Origin: a bacterium
GTDB lineage: Bacteria > Zhuqueibacterota > Zhuqueibacteria > Residuimicrobiales > Krinioviventaceae
Length of the DNA: 64,000 bases
NCBI GenBank assembly: GCA_963693055.1
Contig: OY843751.1
Location: 448,001-512,000, forward strand
Reading direction: 5' to 3'
Positions 1 through 10,293 of the stretch are shown piece by piece (the stretch's first letter is position 1; every line of letters starts with the position of its first letter). A model generated the notes under the pieces. That model ran no database searches. It was given only the letters and a program-made list of their open reading frames with translations, and had not been told where the DNA came from. A program made the position numbers and the translations under genes.

Positions 1-1824
1 TCGCTGGATTGTATGTATCATCAGGATGGTATTTATTTGAATAGTACATCGACAGATGTAAATAGTATGCGTAATGGTAGCAGGTGGACTGCTGTTGCAG
101 CAATTAATAATGAAGTTAAATGTTTAGGTGATACTTTAATGCAATTAATACCTCTGGCCACATATCATAATGATAGCCAACCTGACGATCAAGCTGAATT
201 AACATTGTTTGGTGAAACGAATCAGGCATTTAATATTGTAAAAGATATTGATGGTGGTAGTGCAATGATGGGATATTTTAGACACAAGGATACAGGTAAA
301 CATTATGCTATGATAGTTAACAAAAGTTTGACTAGTACTACAACTTTTAATGTTTATTATAATAAAGCCTTACGATATGGAACTAATACGCCAAGAGTAT
401 ATAAAATCAACAAGACTAATCCCGGTAGTTACACTGAAATAAATAGTAATAGTTTTCATTCGGATGGAAATAGATATTATTTCACAATAAGCATTGAAGC
501 TGCAAAAGGTGAATTGTTGAGAATTGAACCTGCTGCAGGTAGTAATAATGTTATTGAATTTATTAATAATATCAATGATATTGAAAATGATGTTAATGTT
601 AGTGTTTCTGATGATAGGTTATATATTGCTCATGATAATGGTGTGTTTTTAAAATATGAAAAAGGAACGGGTGGATATTTTTTCAAGTATTTTGACAATT
701 GGGGTGAAACTAAACCCGTTGTCGATATAGAGCTTGATGAAATAGATTCATCAAATAAGCGAGTATATATCTGTCATGATAATGGAACAACAGGCAATAT
801 GGTGACTATGGATTGGGATTTAAAGGATTGTTTGAATGTTTTTAATGATGGAGGTGCTAACACGCGTGTGACCAGTGTAGCATTTTCGAATTATACATAT
901 ACTGATAATAGCACACCTCCCAGAACAACAGTGCCATCTATATATATTGGACAAAGATCAGCTTCAAGTGGTAATGTAGTGGTGATTAATAGAAGTAGTT
1001 TTTCTTATATTGATACCTGGGCATCGGGTTATAAAGTGAATGATGTTGAGTACCAGGGAAACGGGCATAAAAGTATCGCAATCGCTCATGATGCCGGAAT
1101 AATACGAGTAAGTACTGGTAGTTATTGGTTTGCGTTAGGAGATCCTTCAGCAACAGAGTATTCTACATCAGTACCGGTAAAGGAAATAGAAGCAGATGTT
1201 GATGCAGTTTATGCCGTTTTAAATGATGGCACTTTGGCTATTCGTAGTCCTGGTTTAGGTACTGCAATCTTGACAACATGCTTTAATGAAACTTGTGATA
1301 TCTCTTTGGTTGATGAAACCAGATTTACGATTAGTACTAATTCAAGCTCAGGTAATGCACAATATAAATCATATGATACCAATAATTATAGCACCTATGA
1401 TCAAAACGAGTATGCAAATGCTGTAGCAAGAACCGCTTTGGATACTGGTAATAAATTATATGCTGCGACGACTGAGGCATTATATGTAGAAACAATTAAT
1501 CTAACAAAACCTATCAATGATAATCAATATAATGTTAAGACAGTTTATAGTTTTAAATTAAACGAAAACTATCCCAACCCCTTTAATCCTACGACTAATA
1601 TTGCTTTTGAAATACCGGAAACCGGCAATGTTGAACTAAAAGTCTATAATATACAGGGACGAGAAATTGCTTCCTTAGTAAATGGAGACCTTGAAGCAGG
1701 TGAACATAATGCTATATGGAATGCAACAGATAATTATGGCAAAACGGTTGCTTCCGGTGTATATTTTTACAAGCTGAAATGTAAAGATCATGTTGCAATA
1801 AAAAAAATGGTTCTAGTTAAATAG
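1..1824 (+). CDS. Secreted protein with C-terminal FlgD-like/T9SS-type sorting domain (probably 5'-truncated by the window edge)
   Basis: Frame is open from base 1; C-terminus reads LNENYPNPFNPTTNIAFEIP...SGVYFYKL...KKMVLVK; visibly AT-rich. Confidence 0.8.
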   Translation, partial: SLDCMYHQDGIYLNSTSTDVNSMRNGSRWTAVAAINNEVKCLGDTLMQLIPLATYHNDSQPDDQAELTLFGETNQAFNIVKDIDGGSAMMGYFRHKDTGKHYAMIVNKSLTSTTTFNVYYNKALRYGTNTPRVYKINKTNPGSYTEINSNSFHSDGNRYYFTISIEAAKGELLRIEPAAGSNNVIEFINNINDIENDVNVSVSDDRLYIAHDNGVFLKYEKGTGGYFFKYFDNWGETKPVVDIELDEIDSSNKRVYICHDNGTTGNMVTMDWDLKDCLNVFNDGGANTRVTSVAFSNYTYTDNSTPPRTTVPSIYIGQRSASSGNVVVINRSSFSYIDTWASGYKVNDVEYQGNGHKSIAIAHDAGIIRVSTGSYWFALGDPSATEYSTSVPVKEIEADVDAVYAVLNDGTLAIRSPGLGTAILTTCFNETCDISLVDETRFTISTNSSSGNAQYKSYDTNNYSTYDQNEYANAVARTALDTGNKLYAATTEALYVETINLTKPINDNQYNVKTVYSFKLNENYPNPFNPTTNIAFEIPETGNVELKVYNIQGREIASLVNGDLEAGEHNAIWNATDNYGKTVASGVYFYKLKCKDHVAIKKMVLVK

Positions 1825-1834
1825 GTAAATACAT

Positions 1835-1862
1835 AAAGCCCGGTGATATCACTGGGCTTTTA
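1835..1862 (+). terminator. Intrinsic terminator, likely bidirectional
   Basis: aaagcccggtga-ta-tcactgggctttt between convergent genes. Confidence 0.75.
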
Positions 1863-1947
1863 TATTCATCTAGAATGAGAATAATAGAATTAACCGATTT
1901 ATCGAATTTAAAAGTTTCAGAGTAACATGATGTATCTCTGTTTTGCA

Positions 1948-2823
1948 TCATTCCTGATTCTCTAATAACGCTCGGATTTCATCAAATTTGATTTTTGTCT
2001 CTTCGCTTACCTGCGGATATCGGATGCCCATGTTTTTGAGTGTATTGACAATAATCTCTGCAACGGTTACGCGCATAAAGGGTTTGTCATCAGCAGGGAT
2101 AGCATACCACGGTGCCCAGGGACGCGATGTTTCGTTCAGTGCATCCTGATAGGACTGCATATAATCCTGCCAGTATCCCCGTTCTTTAACATCTCCTGTT
2201 GAGAATTTCCAGTTTTTATCCGGTTCATTGAGTCGGTCAAGAAACCGCTGCCTTTGTTCCTCCTGAGAAACATTGAGCCAGAATTTTAGTATGACGGTTC
2301 CGTTTTCAGCCAAATGTTTTTCATGGCTCCGAATGGATTCGAACCGTTTTGGCCAGAGCTTGTCCGTGTCAATGGGGTAAGGGAGTTTCTGACCTTTCAG
2401 GTATTCGGGATGTACCCGTACCACCAATACCTCTTCATAATAACTGCGATTAAAGATCCCGATTCGCCCACGTTCCGGCAGACGTTTGGAGGTGCGCCAC
2501 AAGAAATCATGGTCCAGTTCTTCTTTTGATGGCTGCTTGAATGAAAACACCTGGCACCCGGCGGGATTCACGCCGCTCATAACTGTACGGATTGTGCTGT
2601 CTTTACCGGCGGCGTCCATTGCCTGAAAGACCAACAAAAGCGCAAATTGGTCGTGCGCGTACAGGGTGCGCTGTAACTCGTAAAGTTCTTTGACAAGGGT
2701 TTTCAATCGTTTTTTGTTGGCTTTTTTATTGTGATGCTCTTTTGTGGGATAGGTTGGTGCCTGTTCTATTGTAAATGTGTTATCAAAAGGGACAAGAAAC
2801 GGGTGTTCTGTTATATGAAACAT
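1948..2823 (-). CDS. ppk2: Polyphosphate kinase 2 family protein
   Basis: QAMDAAGKDSTI Walker A, HDFLWR, FNRSYYEEVL, KNWKFS motifs; start moved to the ATG at 2823. Confidence 0.9.
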   Translation of the reverse strand: MFHITEHPFLVPFDNTFTIEQAPTYPTKEHHNKKANKKRLKTLVKELYELQRTLYAHDQFALLLVFQAMDAAGKDSTIRTVMSGVNPAGCQVFSFKQPSKEELDHDFLWRTSKRLPERGRIGIFNRSYYEEVLVVRVHPEYLKGQKLPYPIDTDKLWPKRFESIRSHEKHLAENGTVILKFWLNVSQEEQRQRFLDRLNEPDKNWKFSTGDVKERGYWQDYMQSYQDALNETSRPWAPWYAIPADDKPFMRVTVAEIIVNTLKNMGIRYPQVSEETKIKFDEIRALLENQE

Positions 2824-2919
2824 GTGAGTATCCGTGTTTTTGTTAAACAATTATGGGTTTTTATGAATTAAATGTATTTCGATAAAAAAGCAAAGGATTT
2901 ATTTAACCTTGATTCAAGT

Positions 2920-3220
2920 AAACCCTGATTTAAGGATTATTGGATTACCCTGATGTATAGTGCCCGACTAGAGACCTGCTCGTGTCCAAACTTTTGTTTG
3001 GATATACGGAAAAGTGATGAAACTAAAAATGATCGTGACAGAGATTATCTCTGTTATGATTAGTATTGAAAACCATGATTGGAGGATTAAAGGATTACCC
3101 AGATGTACGGTGTCTGATTATTACCCTACACGCTCTTCAAAAGGAGTTGGAACACGGTAAATAAATGGAATTAAAAAACGATCGTGGCAGAGATTATCTC
3201 TGCCGCGATCAGGATTGGAA
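2920..3220. repeat. Two degenerate ~150 bp tandem units, each ending in a palindrome
   Basis: Both units contain aaacc-tgatt..aggatta..ggattaccc.gatgta and gatcgtg(a/g)cagagattatctctg. Confidence 0.7.
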
Positions 3221-3247
3221 TTTTATCCGGTACGATGTTGTATAAAT

Positions 3248-4603
3248 TTATTTCACCGTCACGACTATACGCTGGTAGCGAGTGAGTTCGGGAGTACCAT
3301 TGTCTGTTACTTCACAGATAATGTGGATGGTTTGTCCGGTTTTCGCGTCGCCAGGTACAGATATTTCTGTGCTCCACGCATCGGCGTGGGGTATGCTCAT
3401 CTCTCCCGGGTATGTACCGGGATCCCGATACTGCCACCAGTTGCAAGTCAATTCGTCATTGTCCGGATCGGTTGCGGATGCGCTCAACTTGAGGGCATCT
3501 CCCGGAGCGGCGGGCAAATCCGCATTGTGTTCCAATTTAACAACCGGGGGATGGTTGGCCTCGGCATAGCTTTTTACACACCAGTCCGCGCGCGCGGCCC
3601 AGTCGTTTTGATACGCTTTAGACCAACGCCAGATGGGTTTGTAGAGATCACCATCGTCTTTGGCGCCCTGCCATACATCATGTGTGCCTGGTTCCTTTTC
3701 AAATCGGCCGCCCCAGCCGCCATATGTAGGATCTTCCATGCTGCGCAGTCCTGTTTCAATACTGTACATGAATGATGGTGAATCACCCTCGGAGCGGAAA
3801 ACATCCATGCCCAGGTTGTGCTTGTTCCAGGTGCCGTCATAGGCCTCGTATCGGGCGCACAAGGGGCCATTACCATCGAGGATATTGGTTTTTATCCATT
3901 CTTCGCGGTAATAATATTGTATGTCCTCCGGGAATTTTTGATACCAACGATAAGCCAATGCTTCATATTGTTTAAAACTGCCCAAAACTTTGAGGTGGGG
4001 CCAGTTAGGTTGAATATAGTCACGGAAGGTGCGGTCCTGATCTAATATTATATAAAGGATTGCCTTTTTAGATACCTTTTCCATTTGATCGGGGTGCTCG
4101 TGTTGTATTTTCCACAGGGCGCGGGCAATAGTGTTGGTGCCACCCCAGGCCTGCAGATAGACCGGTCTTGGATCATCATCCAGCAATACTTTGACAATGT
4201 GGTCAGAGCCGGGGGTGTCATGTTCCATGGCGCCTACCGAGTCGATATTGCCAATATAGATTTTGCTTCTCAGGTGTTTAGGCGTTGGAAAATCAGGCGA
4301 GTTTTGTTTCAGGCTTTCATAACATTGTGCGTACAGGTCGATATAGTGATACAGCCAGGTTTCTCCGGCCCATCTGTATCCTTTCCAATGGAATTTAGAG
4401 CTGGAATAGATGATGCCTTCAATATCCCACTGGTCCGCATATAACAGAAATCGCACCATGGAACAGCGGTCATCCACTTCACCGTCGGTGGTTGCTATAA
4501 CTCGGGGTCTTGCTGTATTGTTTGACTTGGATTCTTTTGTCATATTACAAAAATACAAGGGGAGTGATAATAATATTATAATCATGAACAATGCTTTTTT
4601 CAT
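3248..4603 (-). CDS. DUF1593 / nucleoside-hydrolase-like exported protein with C-terminal Ig-like domain
   Basis: TTDGEVDDRCSMVRFLLY, WGGTNTIARAL, EGDSPSF, YGGWGGRF, VTDNGTPELTRYQR. Confidence 0.8.
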   Translation of the reverse strand: MKKALFMIIILLSLPLYFCNMTKESKSNNTARPRVIATTDGEVDDRCSMVRFLLYADQWDIEGIIYSSSKFHWKGYRWAGETWLYHYIDLYAQCYESLKQNSPDFPTPKHLRSKIYIGNIDSVGAMEHDTPGSDHIVKVLLDDDPRPVYLQAWGGTNTIARALWKIQHEHPDQMEKVSKKAILYIILDQDRTFRDYIQPNWPHLKVLGSFKQYEALAYRWYQKFPEDIQYYYREEWIKTNILDGNGPLCARYEAYDGTWNKHNLGMDVFRSEGDSPSFMYSIETGLRSMEDPTYGGWGGRFEKEPGTHDVWQGAKDDGDLYKPIWRWSKAYQNDWAARADWCVKSYAEANHPPVVKLEHNADLPAAPGDALKLSASATDPDNDELTCNWWQYRDPGTYPGEMSIPHADAWSTEISVPGDAKTGQTIHIICEVTDNGTPELTRYQRIVVTVK

Positions 4604-4747
4604 TTTTGCCTCAACGACTATTAAAACCAGACTTGGATTTTTTTAAGAATACTGTGATCAAGTATATCAATATTCGTTGGGAATTGCAATATTTTTCTGG
4701 CATCTTTTAACTTAAACGTTTACATTGGATCGAGGAGGAAAAGCGAT

Positions 4748-6910
4748 ATGAAAAGATTGTATATGGTTCTATTGTTTGTTCTGTCTTGTGTAATTAATTT
4801 ACCAGCACAGGAAAATTTGAATGTACTACAAGGTCATGAAGAGGAATTGGGGATCTCGGAATACATGATCTATGATTTTTTCATTCGTCAGGCGGATGAT
4901 TACCGTGAAGCATCCCTGCAAAAAAAATCCACATATCGCACCCCTGAACAATGGCGTGAATATCAAAACTATGTGCGGGAAAATTTTACAAAGGCCATTG
5001 GCGAGTTTCCTGAAAAAACACCGCTGAATGTTAAAAATGTGGGTACCCTTGAACGGAATGGCTATCGCATCGAAAAGATCATTTTTGAAAGCCGACCACA
5101 ATTTTATGTCACTACAAATGTATATGTACCCACCATGCTTGCTGGCATCTTGCCTGCGATTGTGTCGGTTGATGGTCACGGCGCAGCCGGTAAAGTCGGT
5201 GGCGGTCAGGAGAAATTTGTCAATCTGGTAAAAAAGGGATTTATTGTACTGGCTTATGATCCGGTAGGGCAGGGAGAGCGAAGTGAATATGTGGATCCTG
5301 AAACCGGCCAAGATCTCTATCGTCGGGGAACACAGCAGCATTGCCAGGCGGGAAATGTGTGTTTTTTAACCGGTACCAATCTGGCCCAATACCGGGCATG
5401 GGATGGTATCCGGGCTATTGATTATTTGCTAACCCGGTCGGATGTTGACCCGGAACGTATTGGGATTACCGGATGTTCCGGCGGCGGCACTATTACCACA
5501 TTTATAACCACGCTGGATGACAGATTAAAAGCATCGGTCCCTGCATGTTATATTACCCGATTACGTGACCGCATGTGCCGCGATGGTGAGATCAGCCATG
5601 ACGCGGAACAGAGTCCCGCAGGTATTCTCAAACAAGGGATCGACATTGCGGATTTGTTGATGCCCATGGCACCGAGGCCCATGATGATCTGCGCAACCCA
5701 ACAAGATTTTTTCCCTTTCAGGGGCGCGCTTGCAAACTATAATGAATTACAGCTCATGTATGCGGATTTTAACAGTATTGAGAAATTTACCCTGGCCCAG
5801 GCAGATGCCGGGCATGGTTATGCTCCGCATGGACTGCGTGCATTGTACGCGTTTATGGGCCGCTGGCTGGACGGCAATGATACAGACTGGCGTGAGGTTA
5901 AGGTTGACCGGGAACCGGATTCGCTGCTCTATTGTACTCAAACCGGTGCAGTGGCAACCAGCCTGGGCGGAGAAACCGTATGGTCTATTAATCAGAAACT
6001 GGCGCAGGAAATCAAGTATTCTCCCGCAGTTCCGAAAAATAAATCCGGATTTGAAGCGTATCGTGACAACCTGATTCAGGATATTCAAAGTATTCTGGCA
6101 TTACCGGAAATTCCAACATCACCTGTTGTTAAGAGTTTTGGAGAGTTTACCGAAAAGGGTATAGATGTTGAAAAAGTAGCCGTGCAAATTGAAAGAGATA
6201 TTTGGGTACCGGGATTGTTTTACAAGAAACAGGGTATTACCCAGGGTGATGCGTTAATGATGGTGCACGAGTACGGCAAAACCCAACTGCATGATTGGGC
6301 AATGGAAAAAGCTGCAGGGGGCAAGATTGTTTTTACCATCGATCCCCGTGGTGTTGGCGAAACCATGGATACCTATTGGGAACGCGGTATAGATACCGGC
6401 TATTATGAATGGTCACGCGATGAAACCAGCTTTACCTACAGCTCGTTTCTGTTGGGACGACCAATGCTGGGACTGCGAGTTCTGGATGTGTTGACCGCTG
6501 CAAATTATCTAAATTCCCGCCCTGAAGTCAAGAACGATATTACCTTGTATGGAAAAGGTCATGCCGGTTTGGTTGCATTGTTTGCAGGTGCTTTGGATAA
6601 ACGGTTTACAAAGGTTGTTTGCGAGAATGCATTGATCTCGTATGACTCTATTATTAACGACAAACATTATGCTGTGCATTTGAATAATTTTTTGCCGGAT
6701 GTGATCAAACATTTTGATCTGCCGGATGTGGCGGCAATTACTGCTCCGCGTGAATTGTACCTGATAAATCCGGTTGATTCGCAATTAAAGGTAATAAGCA
6801 AAAAGGATGCGGAAAAATGTTGTAAAACAAGTGCATCCGTTTACAAGCTGACCGGTAATAAAAAGAATTTTAAAATTGATAATAATGAACAAATCCAAAA
6901 AATATTATAG
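4748..6910 (+). CDS. Exported alpha/beta-hydrolase, acetylxylan-esterase-like, two hydrolase modules
   Basis: Signal peptide; GCSGGG nucleophile elbow; YDPVGQGER and IDPRGVGE motifs. Confidence 0.8.
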   Translation: MKRLYMVLLFVLSCVINLPAQENLNVLQGHEEELGISEYMIYDFFIRQADDYREASLQKKSTYRTPEQWREYQNYVRENFTKAIGEFPEKTPLNVKNVGTLERNGYRIEKIIFESRPQFYVTTNVYVPTMLAGILPAIVSVDGHGAAGKVGGGQEKFVNLVKKGFIVLAYDPVGQGERSEYVDPETGQDLYRRGTQQHCQAGNVCFLTGTNLAQYRAWDGIRAIDYLLTRSDVDPERIGITGCSGGGTITTFITTLDDRLKASVPACYITRLRDRMCRDGEISHDAEQSPAGILKQGIDIADLLMPMAPRPMMICATQQDFFPFRGALANYNELQLMYADFNSIEKFTLAQADAGHGYAPHGLRALYAFMGRWLDGNDTDWREVKVDREPDSLLYCTQTGAVATSLGGETVWSINQKLAQEIKYSPAVPKNKSGFEAYRDNLIQDIQSILALPEIPTSPVVKSFGEFTEKGIDVEKVAVQIERDIWVPGLFYKKQGITQGDALMMVHEYGKTQLHDWAMEKAAGGKIVFTIDPRGVGETMDTYWERGIDTGYYEWSRDETSFTYSSFLLGRPMLGLRVLDVLTAANYLNSRPEVKNDITLYGKGHAGLVALFAGALDKRFTKVVCENALISYDSIINDKHYAVHLNNFLPDVIKHFDLPDVAAITAPRELYLINPVDSQLKVISKKDAEKCCKTSASVYKLTGNKKNFKIDNNEQIQKIL

Positions 6911-6920
6911 AGGTTGTACT

Positions 6921-8501
6921 ATGAAGTTGAAAACTGTTTTCGTTCTATTTTTGTTGGCTGTAGTATCTTTGCCTTTAGTAGCAGAACCCTGGGTAGCCGA
7001 TTTGGGAGACGGCACCTATAAAAATCCGGTATTGTTTGCGGATTATTCGGATCCGGATGTGATCCGTGTGGGAGATGATTTTTATATGGTAGCATCCAGC
7101 TTTACCTGTATTCCCGGAGTACCTGTACTGCATTCAAAGGATCTGGTCAACTGGACTATCATTGGTCATGTGTACGATAGACTGCCCCTGGAAAAGTACA
7201 ATGAACCGGTGCATGGTGAAGGCTCATGGGCGCCGTCTATACGATATCATGACGGTATGTTTTATGTCTATTTCTGTACCCCGCATGATGGATTATTTAT
7301 GGCACAGACCAAAGATCCTGCCGGCAAGTGGGAACTGCATCATGTTGTGGATGTGGAAATGTGGGAAGATCCTTGTCCATTATGGGATGATGATGGAAAC
7401 GCCTACCTTGTGCGCAGTAAACTCCGTGCTGATATTTTATATCTGCATAAAATGAGCCGGGATGGAAAACAGATCCTGGATAACGGTGAAATTATCTATT
7501 ACAATGTGGACAAGCACCCGACCATTGAAGGACCAAAGTTTTTGAAAAAAGACGGGTATTACTATATTCTGGCACCTGCAGGTGGCGTAGGCCAGGGATG
7601 GCAGACTGCTTTGAGATCAAGGAATATTTATGGTCCTTATGAAGATCAGATTGTTTTACACACCGGCAGTACGGATATTAACGGCCCGCACCAAGGTGGG
7701 CTGGTAGAGTTGAAATCCGGCGAGTGGTGGTTCATGCATTTTCAGGAACGTCAACCCTGGGGACGTATTGTGCATCTGCAACCCGTACATTGGGAAAACG
7801 GCTGGCCCATGATGGGTAAAGACATTGATAATGACGGAATTGGTGAACCGGTAGCATCATGGAAAAAACCGGATGTTGGTAAAACCTGGCCGGTTGAAAT
7901 TCCACAGACTACAGACGAGTTTAATGAGAAAGATCTGGGAATGCAATGGCAGTGGCAGGCAAATCCCCAGGATGCATGGTATTCTTTGACTGCGAATTCC
8001 GGCAACATGCGCTTGTATTCTACCCGGAACTTGACCCAGTTTGGTAATTTGCTCTTTGTGCCCAATCTGTTATTACAAAAAATAGCTTCACCCGAGTTTA
8101 CTGCAACGACCAGGCTCGTTTTTAATCCCGAATTACCAGATGAAAAAGCAGGGCTGGTAATGATGGGTAACGAGTGGGCGCATATTGTAATGAACAATGA
8201 TAAAGACGGTTTGGAAATTGCCATGTATGTGGGCAAATATGACCGTGAAAATGATGCTACTCAGAAAATTGAGGCCGTTAAAGTTAAAGACAATACCTGT
8301 TATTTGCAGTTAACGTTTAAAGAAAATGGCGAGTGTTCATTCTATTACAGTCTGGATGGTAAGGATTTTCAATCCCTGGGCACAACCTTTGATGTTATTG
8401 AAGGGCATTGGATTGGCGCCAAAGTGGGTATATTTTGCAGCAGTCCCAACATGCAGCTCTCCAAAGGCTATGCTGATTTTGACTGGTTTAGAATGGAATG
8501 A
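6921..8501 (+). CDS. GH43 beta-xylosidase/arabinofuranosidase
   Basis: DYSDPDVIRVGDDFY, WAPSIRY, WEDP, IEGPK; C-terminal beta-sandwich; signal peptide. Confidence 0.9.
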   Translation: MKLKTVFVLFLLAVVSLPLVAEPWVADLGDGTYKNPVLFADYSDPDVIRVGDDFYMVASSFTCIPGVPVLHSKDLVNWTIIGHVYDRLPLEKYNEPVHGEGSWAPSIRYHDGMFYVYFCTPHDGLFMAQTKDPAGKWELHHVVDVEMWEDPCPLWDDDGNAYLVRSKLRADILYLHKMSRDGKQILDNGEIIYYNVDKHPTIEGPKFLKKDGYYYILAPAGGVGQGWQTALRSRNIYGPYEDQIVLHTGSTDINGPHQGGLVELKSGEWWFMHFQERQPWGRIVHLQPVHWENGWPMMGKDIDNDGIGEPVASWKKPDVGKTWPVEIPQTTDEFNEKDLGMQWQWQANPQDAWYSLTANSGNMRLYSTRNLTQFGNLLFVPNLLLQKIASPEFTATTRLVFNPELPDEKAGLVMMGNEWAHIVMNNDKDGLEIAMYVGKYDRENDATQKIEAVKVKDNTCYLQLTFKENGECSFYYSLDGKDFQSLGTTFDVIEGHWIGAKVGIFCSSPNMQLSKGYADFDWFRME

Positions 8502-8621
8502 GTGGCCCACTAAATACACTGAAATGAACTTGATTTGTCCACCCAAAGGCTTGGGATTTTTGGATGGATTAAATTCCTCTATGCTTTTTTTACCCACAGA
8601 TGACACGAATTTTGCTATGAT

Positions 8622-8655
8622 TAGCCCGGCACCTCTGAGGTGCGGGGCTATTTTT
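8622..8655 (+). terminator. Intrinsic terminator
   Basis: tagcccggcacctc-tg-aggtgcggggcta followed by ttttt. Confidence 0.7.
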
Positions 8656-8724
8656 ATAAAAGCTTGCCCACGAATGATACGAATTAACACTATTCATACT
8701 AATCAAGTTTCACACCTTGGCGTT

Positions 8725-9777
8725 TTACCTCGTAAACTGCCGATAAAAGAAATCCATTATATCTTTTTCCAGAGCATCGTTTAAAAACACTTCAAACGCC
8801 AGCCAGTAATGCCCGTTTTGAATTTGTCCACCAACATCACCGGTACCACCATCTTTCATGAGCCAGTCAAATAGATACGAAGAATACGAGCTGGGCAGTA
8901 CACGCAGATTAATGTTTGCGAGTTTTGCCCATTTGCGGAATTCATGCTCTGGTACGGATTTATCATTGACTGCAAGTATAGCGCGGATGCGTTCCGGATT
9001 TTTGATTTGAGCGGCAGTATTTAACGGTTTGAGCGGCAGTGTGCGCCAATGGCTGAAATAGGCGCTGGTATCTACATCAAACTCTTTGAACGCGTCCTGC
9101 CATGAGATTTCCACTGAGGATTTTAATACTTCCAGAATATCTCCACCGGTTACGATGTAAATTGGAATATCCTCCGGTAAATAGGGAAGGGCAGCGCTAA
9201 TCAGTATGGCGCCATTGCTATAACCTGCCAATGCAATTCGCTTATGGCGGAACAGGGGGAAATGCACCACTTCTTGCACAAAGGTGATAAAATGCTCCAA
9301 TACAAGTTCCGCATTTTGTTGGTCCTGCGCAATATATCGAATCAAGGATCTGCCGGAATCGGTTGGTGACTCTACCCAGGGCTCGGGGGGCCTGAACCAG
9401 ATGGCGGTGTTGAATCCCGCTTTCAGGAACTTTTTTACCATCATTCGGGATACCGGAGCGCTTTTTTGCAGGATTGGCAATTGGATAATCAACAGATCAT
9501 TCCCCTCATCGTGATAGAGCATGGTGCTTATATCAAAATCCCGGCTTTCGCTGAAAGAATTTTCTTTTTGCAAGGTGGGAATGGTATGGCGTGATCGAAG
9601 TTGTATTTCATACTCACCACTTTTAATTTCTCGCATTTTATACTGGGTATATTCGCGGGTATTGTGCCAGGGTTCATCCCAATCAATACGCATATATTGA
9701 TGATCTGTAATCAAACTGAATGCATGGTTAGCTGGAATGATTAAAAAGAGAACTATTATGATTGTATATTTTTTCAT
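8725..9777 (-). CDS. Exported putative alpha/beta-hydrolase
   Basis: Signal peptide; AGYSNG elbow motif; candidate Asp and His residues downstream. Confidence 0.6.
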   Translation of the reverse strand: MKKYTIIIVLFLIIPANHAFSLITDHQYMRIDWDEPWHNTREYTQYKMREIKSGEYEIQLRSRHTIPTLQKENSFSESRDFDISTMLYHDEGNDLLIIQLPILQKSAPVSRMMVKKFLKAGFNTAIWFRPPEPWVESPTDSGRSLIRYIAQDQQNAELVLEHFITFVQEVVHFPLFRHKRIALAGYSNGAILISAALPYLPEDIPIYIVTGGDILEVLKSSVEISWQDAFKEFDVDTSAYFSHWRTLPLKPLNTAAQIKNPERIRAILAVNDKSVPEHEFRKWAKLANINLRVLPSSYSSYLFDWLMKDGGTGDVGGQIQNGHYWLAFEVFLNDALEKDIMDFFYRQFTR

Positions 9778-9966
9778 TTGTCATTCTGTGTAATATCCTG
9801 TTTGAAAATAGGATTATTTTTATCAAAAGTCAATTGGCTTAATCGTTTTATGTTGTTTTTGGAATGAAATCATGTATGCGTTGTATTACAACTTGTAAAG
9901 TGGTCACATAATACAGCTTTACCTGGTTTTTATTTAATCAGTATTACATTTTTGGAATTTTTTTTG

Positions 9967-9995
9967 TTGTATTTTGTTATGATTTTTATTATAAT
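9967..9995 (+). promoter_or_regulatory. Sigma-70-type promoter of the ilv-leu operon
   Basis: TTGTAT-N17-TATAAT. Confidence 0.6.
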
Positions 9996-10024
9996 CTTTT
10001 ATATTATATAATAGAATTGGGATT

Positions 10025-10189
10025 ATGAAAAAGAATAAGTCGGACAATTTCGGTTTTAACCAGGCTGCAAAGAAAAAAGATGCAGTTTGTGCCGTACTTT
10101 ATTCAAACCTCTTCTTGTACCTCTCAAACACAATTTCTCTAGTGCTATCGATTTTGATTATTATTGTGCTACTACCTGTGGTAATTTAA
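10025..10189 (+). CDS. Putative branched-chain amino acid leader (attenuator) peptide, 54 aa
   Basis: MKKNKSDNFGFNQAAKKKDAVCAVLYSNLFLYLSNTISLVLSILIIIVLLPVVI*; terminal I/L/V run with four CTA codons, directly upstream of ilvD. Confidence 0.7.
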   Translation: MKKNKSDNFGFNQAAKKKDAVCAVLYSNLFLYLSNTISLVLSILIIIVLLPVVI

Positions 10190-10293
10190 AAATTTCTGAC
10201 CTCTTACATTTTCATGTTTTATAATAACTTGAGGTCAGTACCTTAGGTCAGGGTTTGGTACAAGTTGAACATTTATTTTAGAAAGGAAAAAAA

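Noticed and set aside
2920-3220. CRISPR array
   Set aside because: Only two long degenerate units, no repeat-spacer periodicity and no cas genes in the window.
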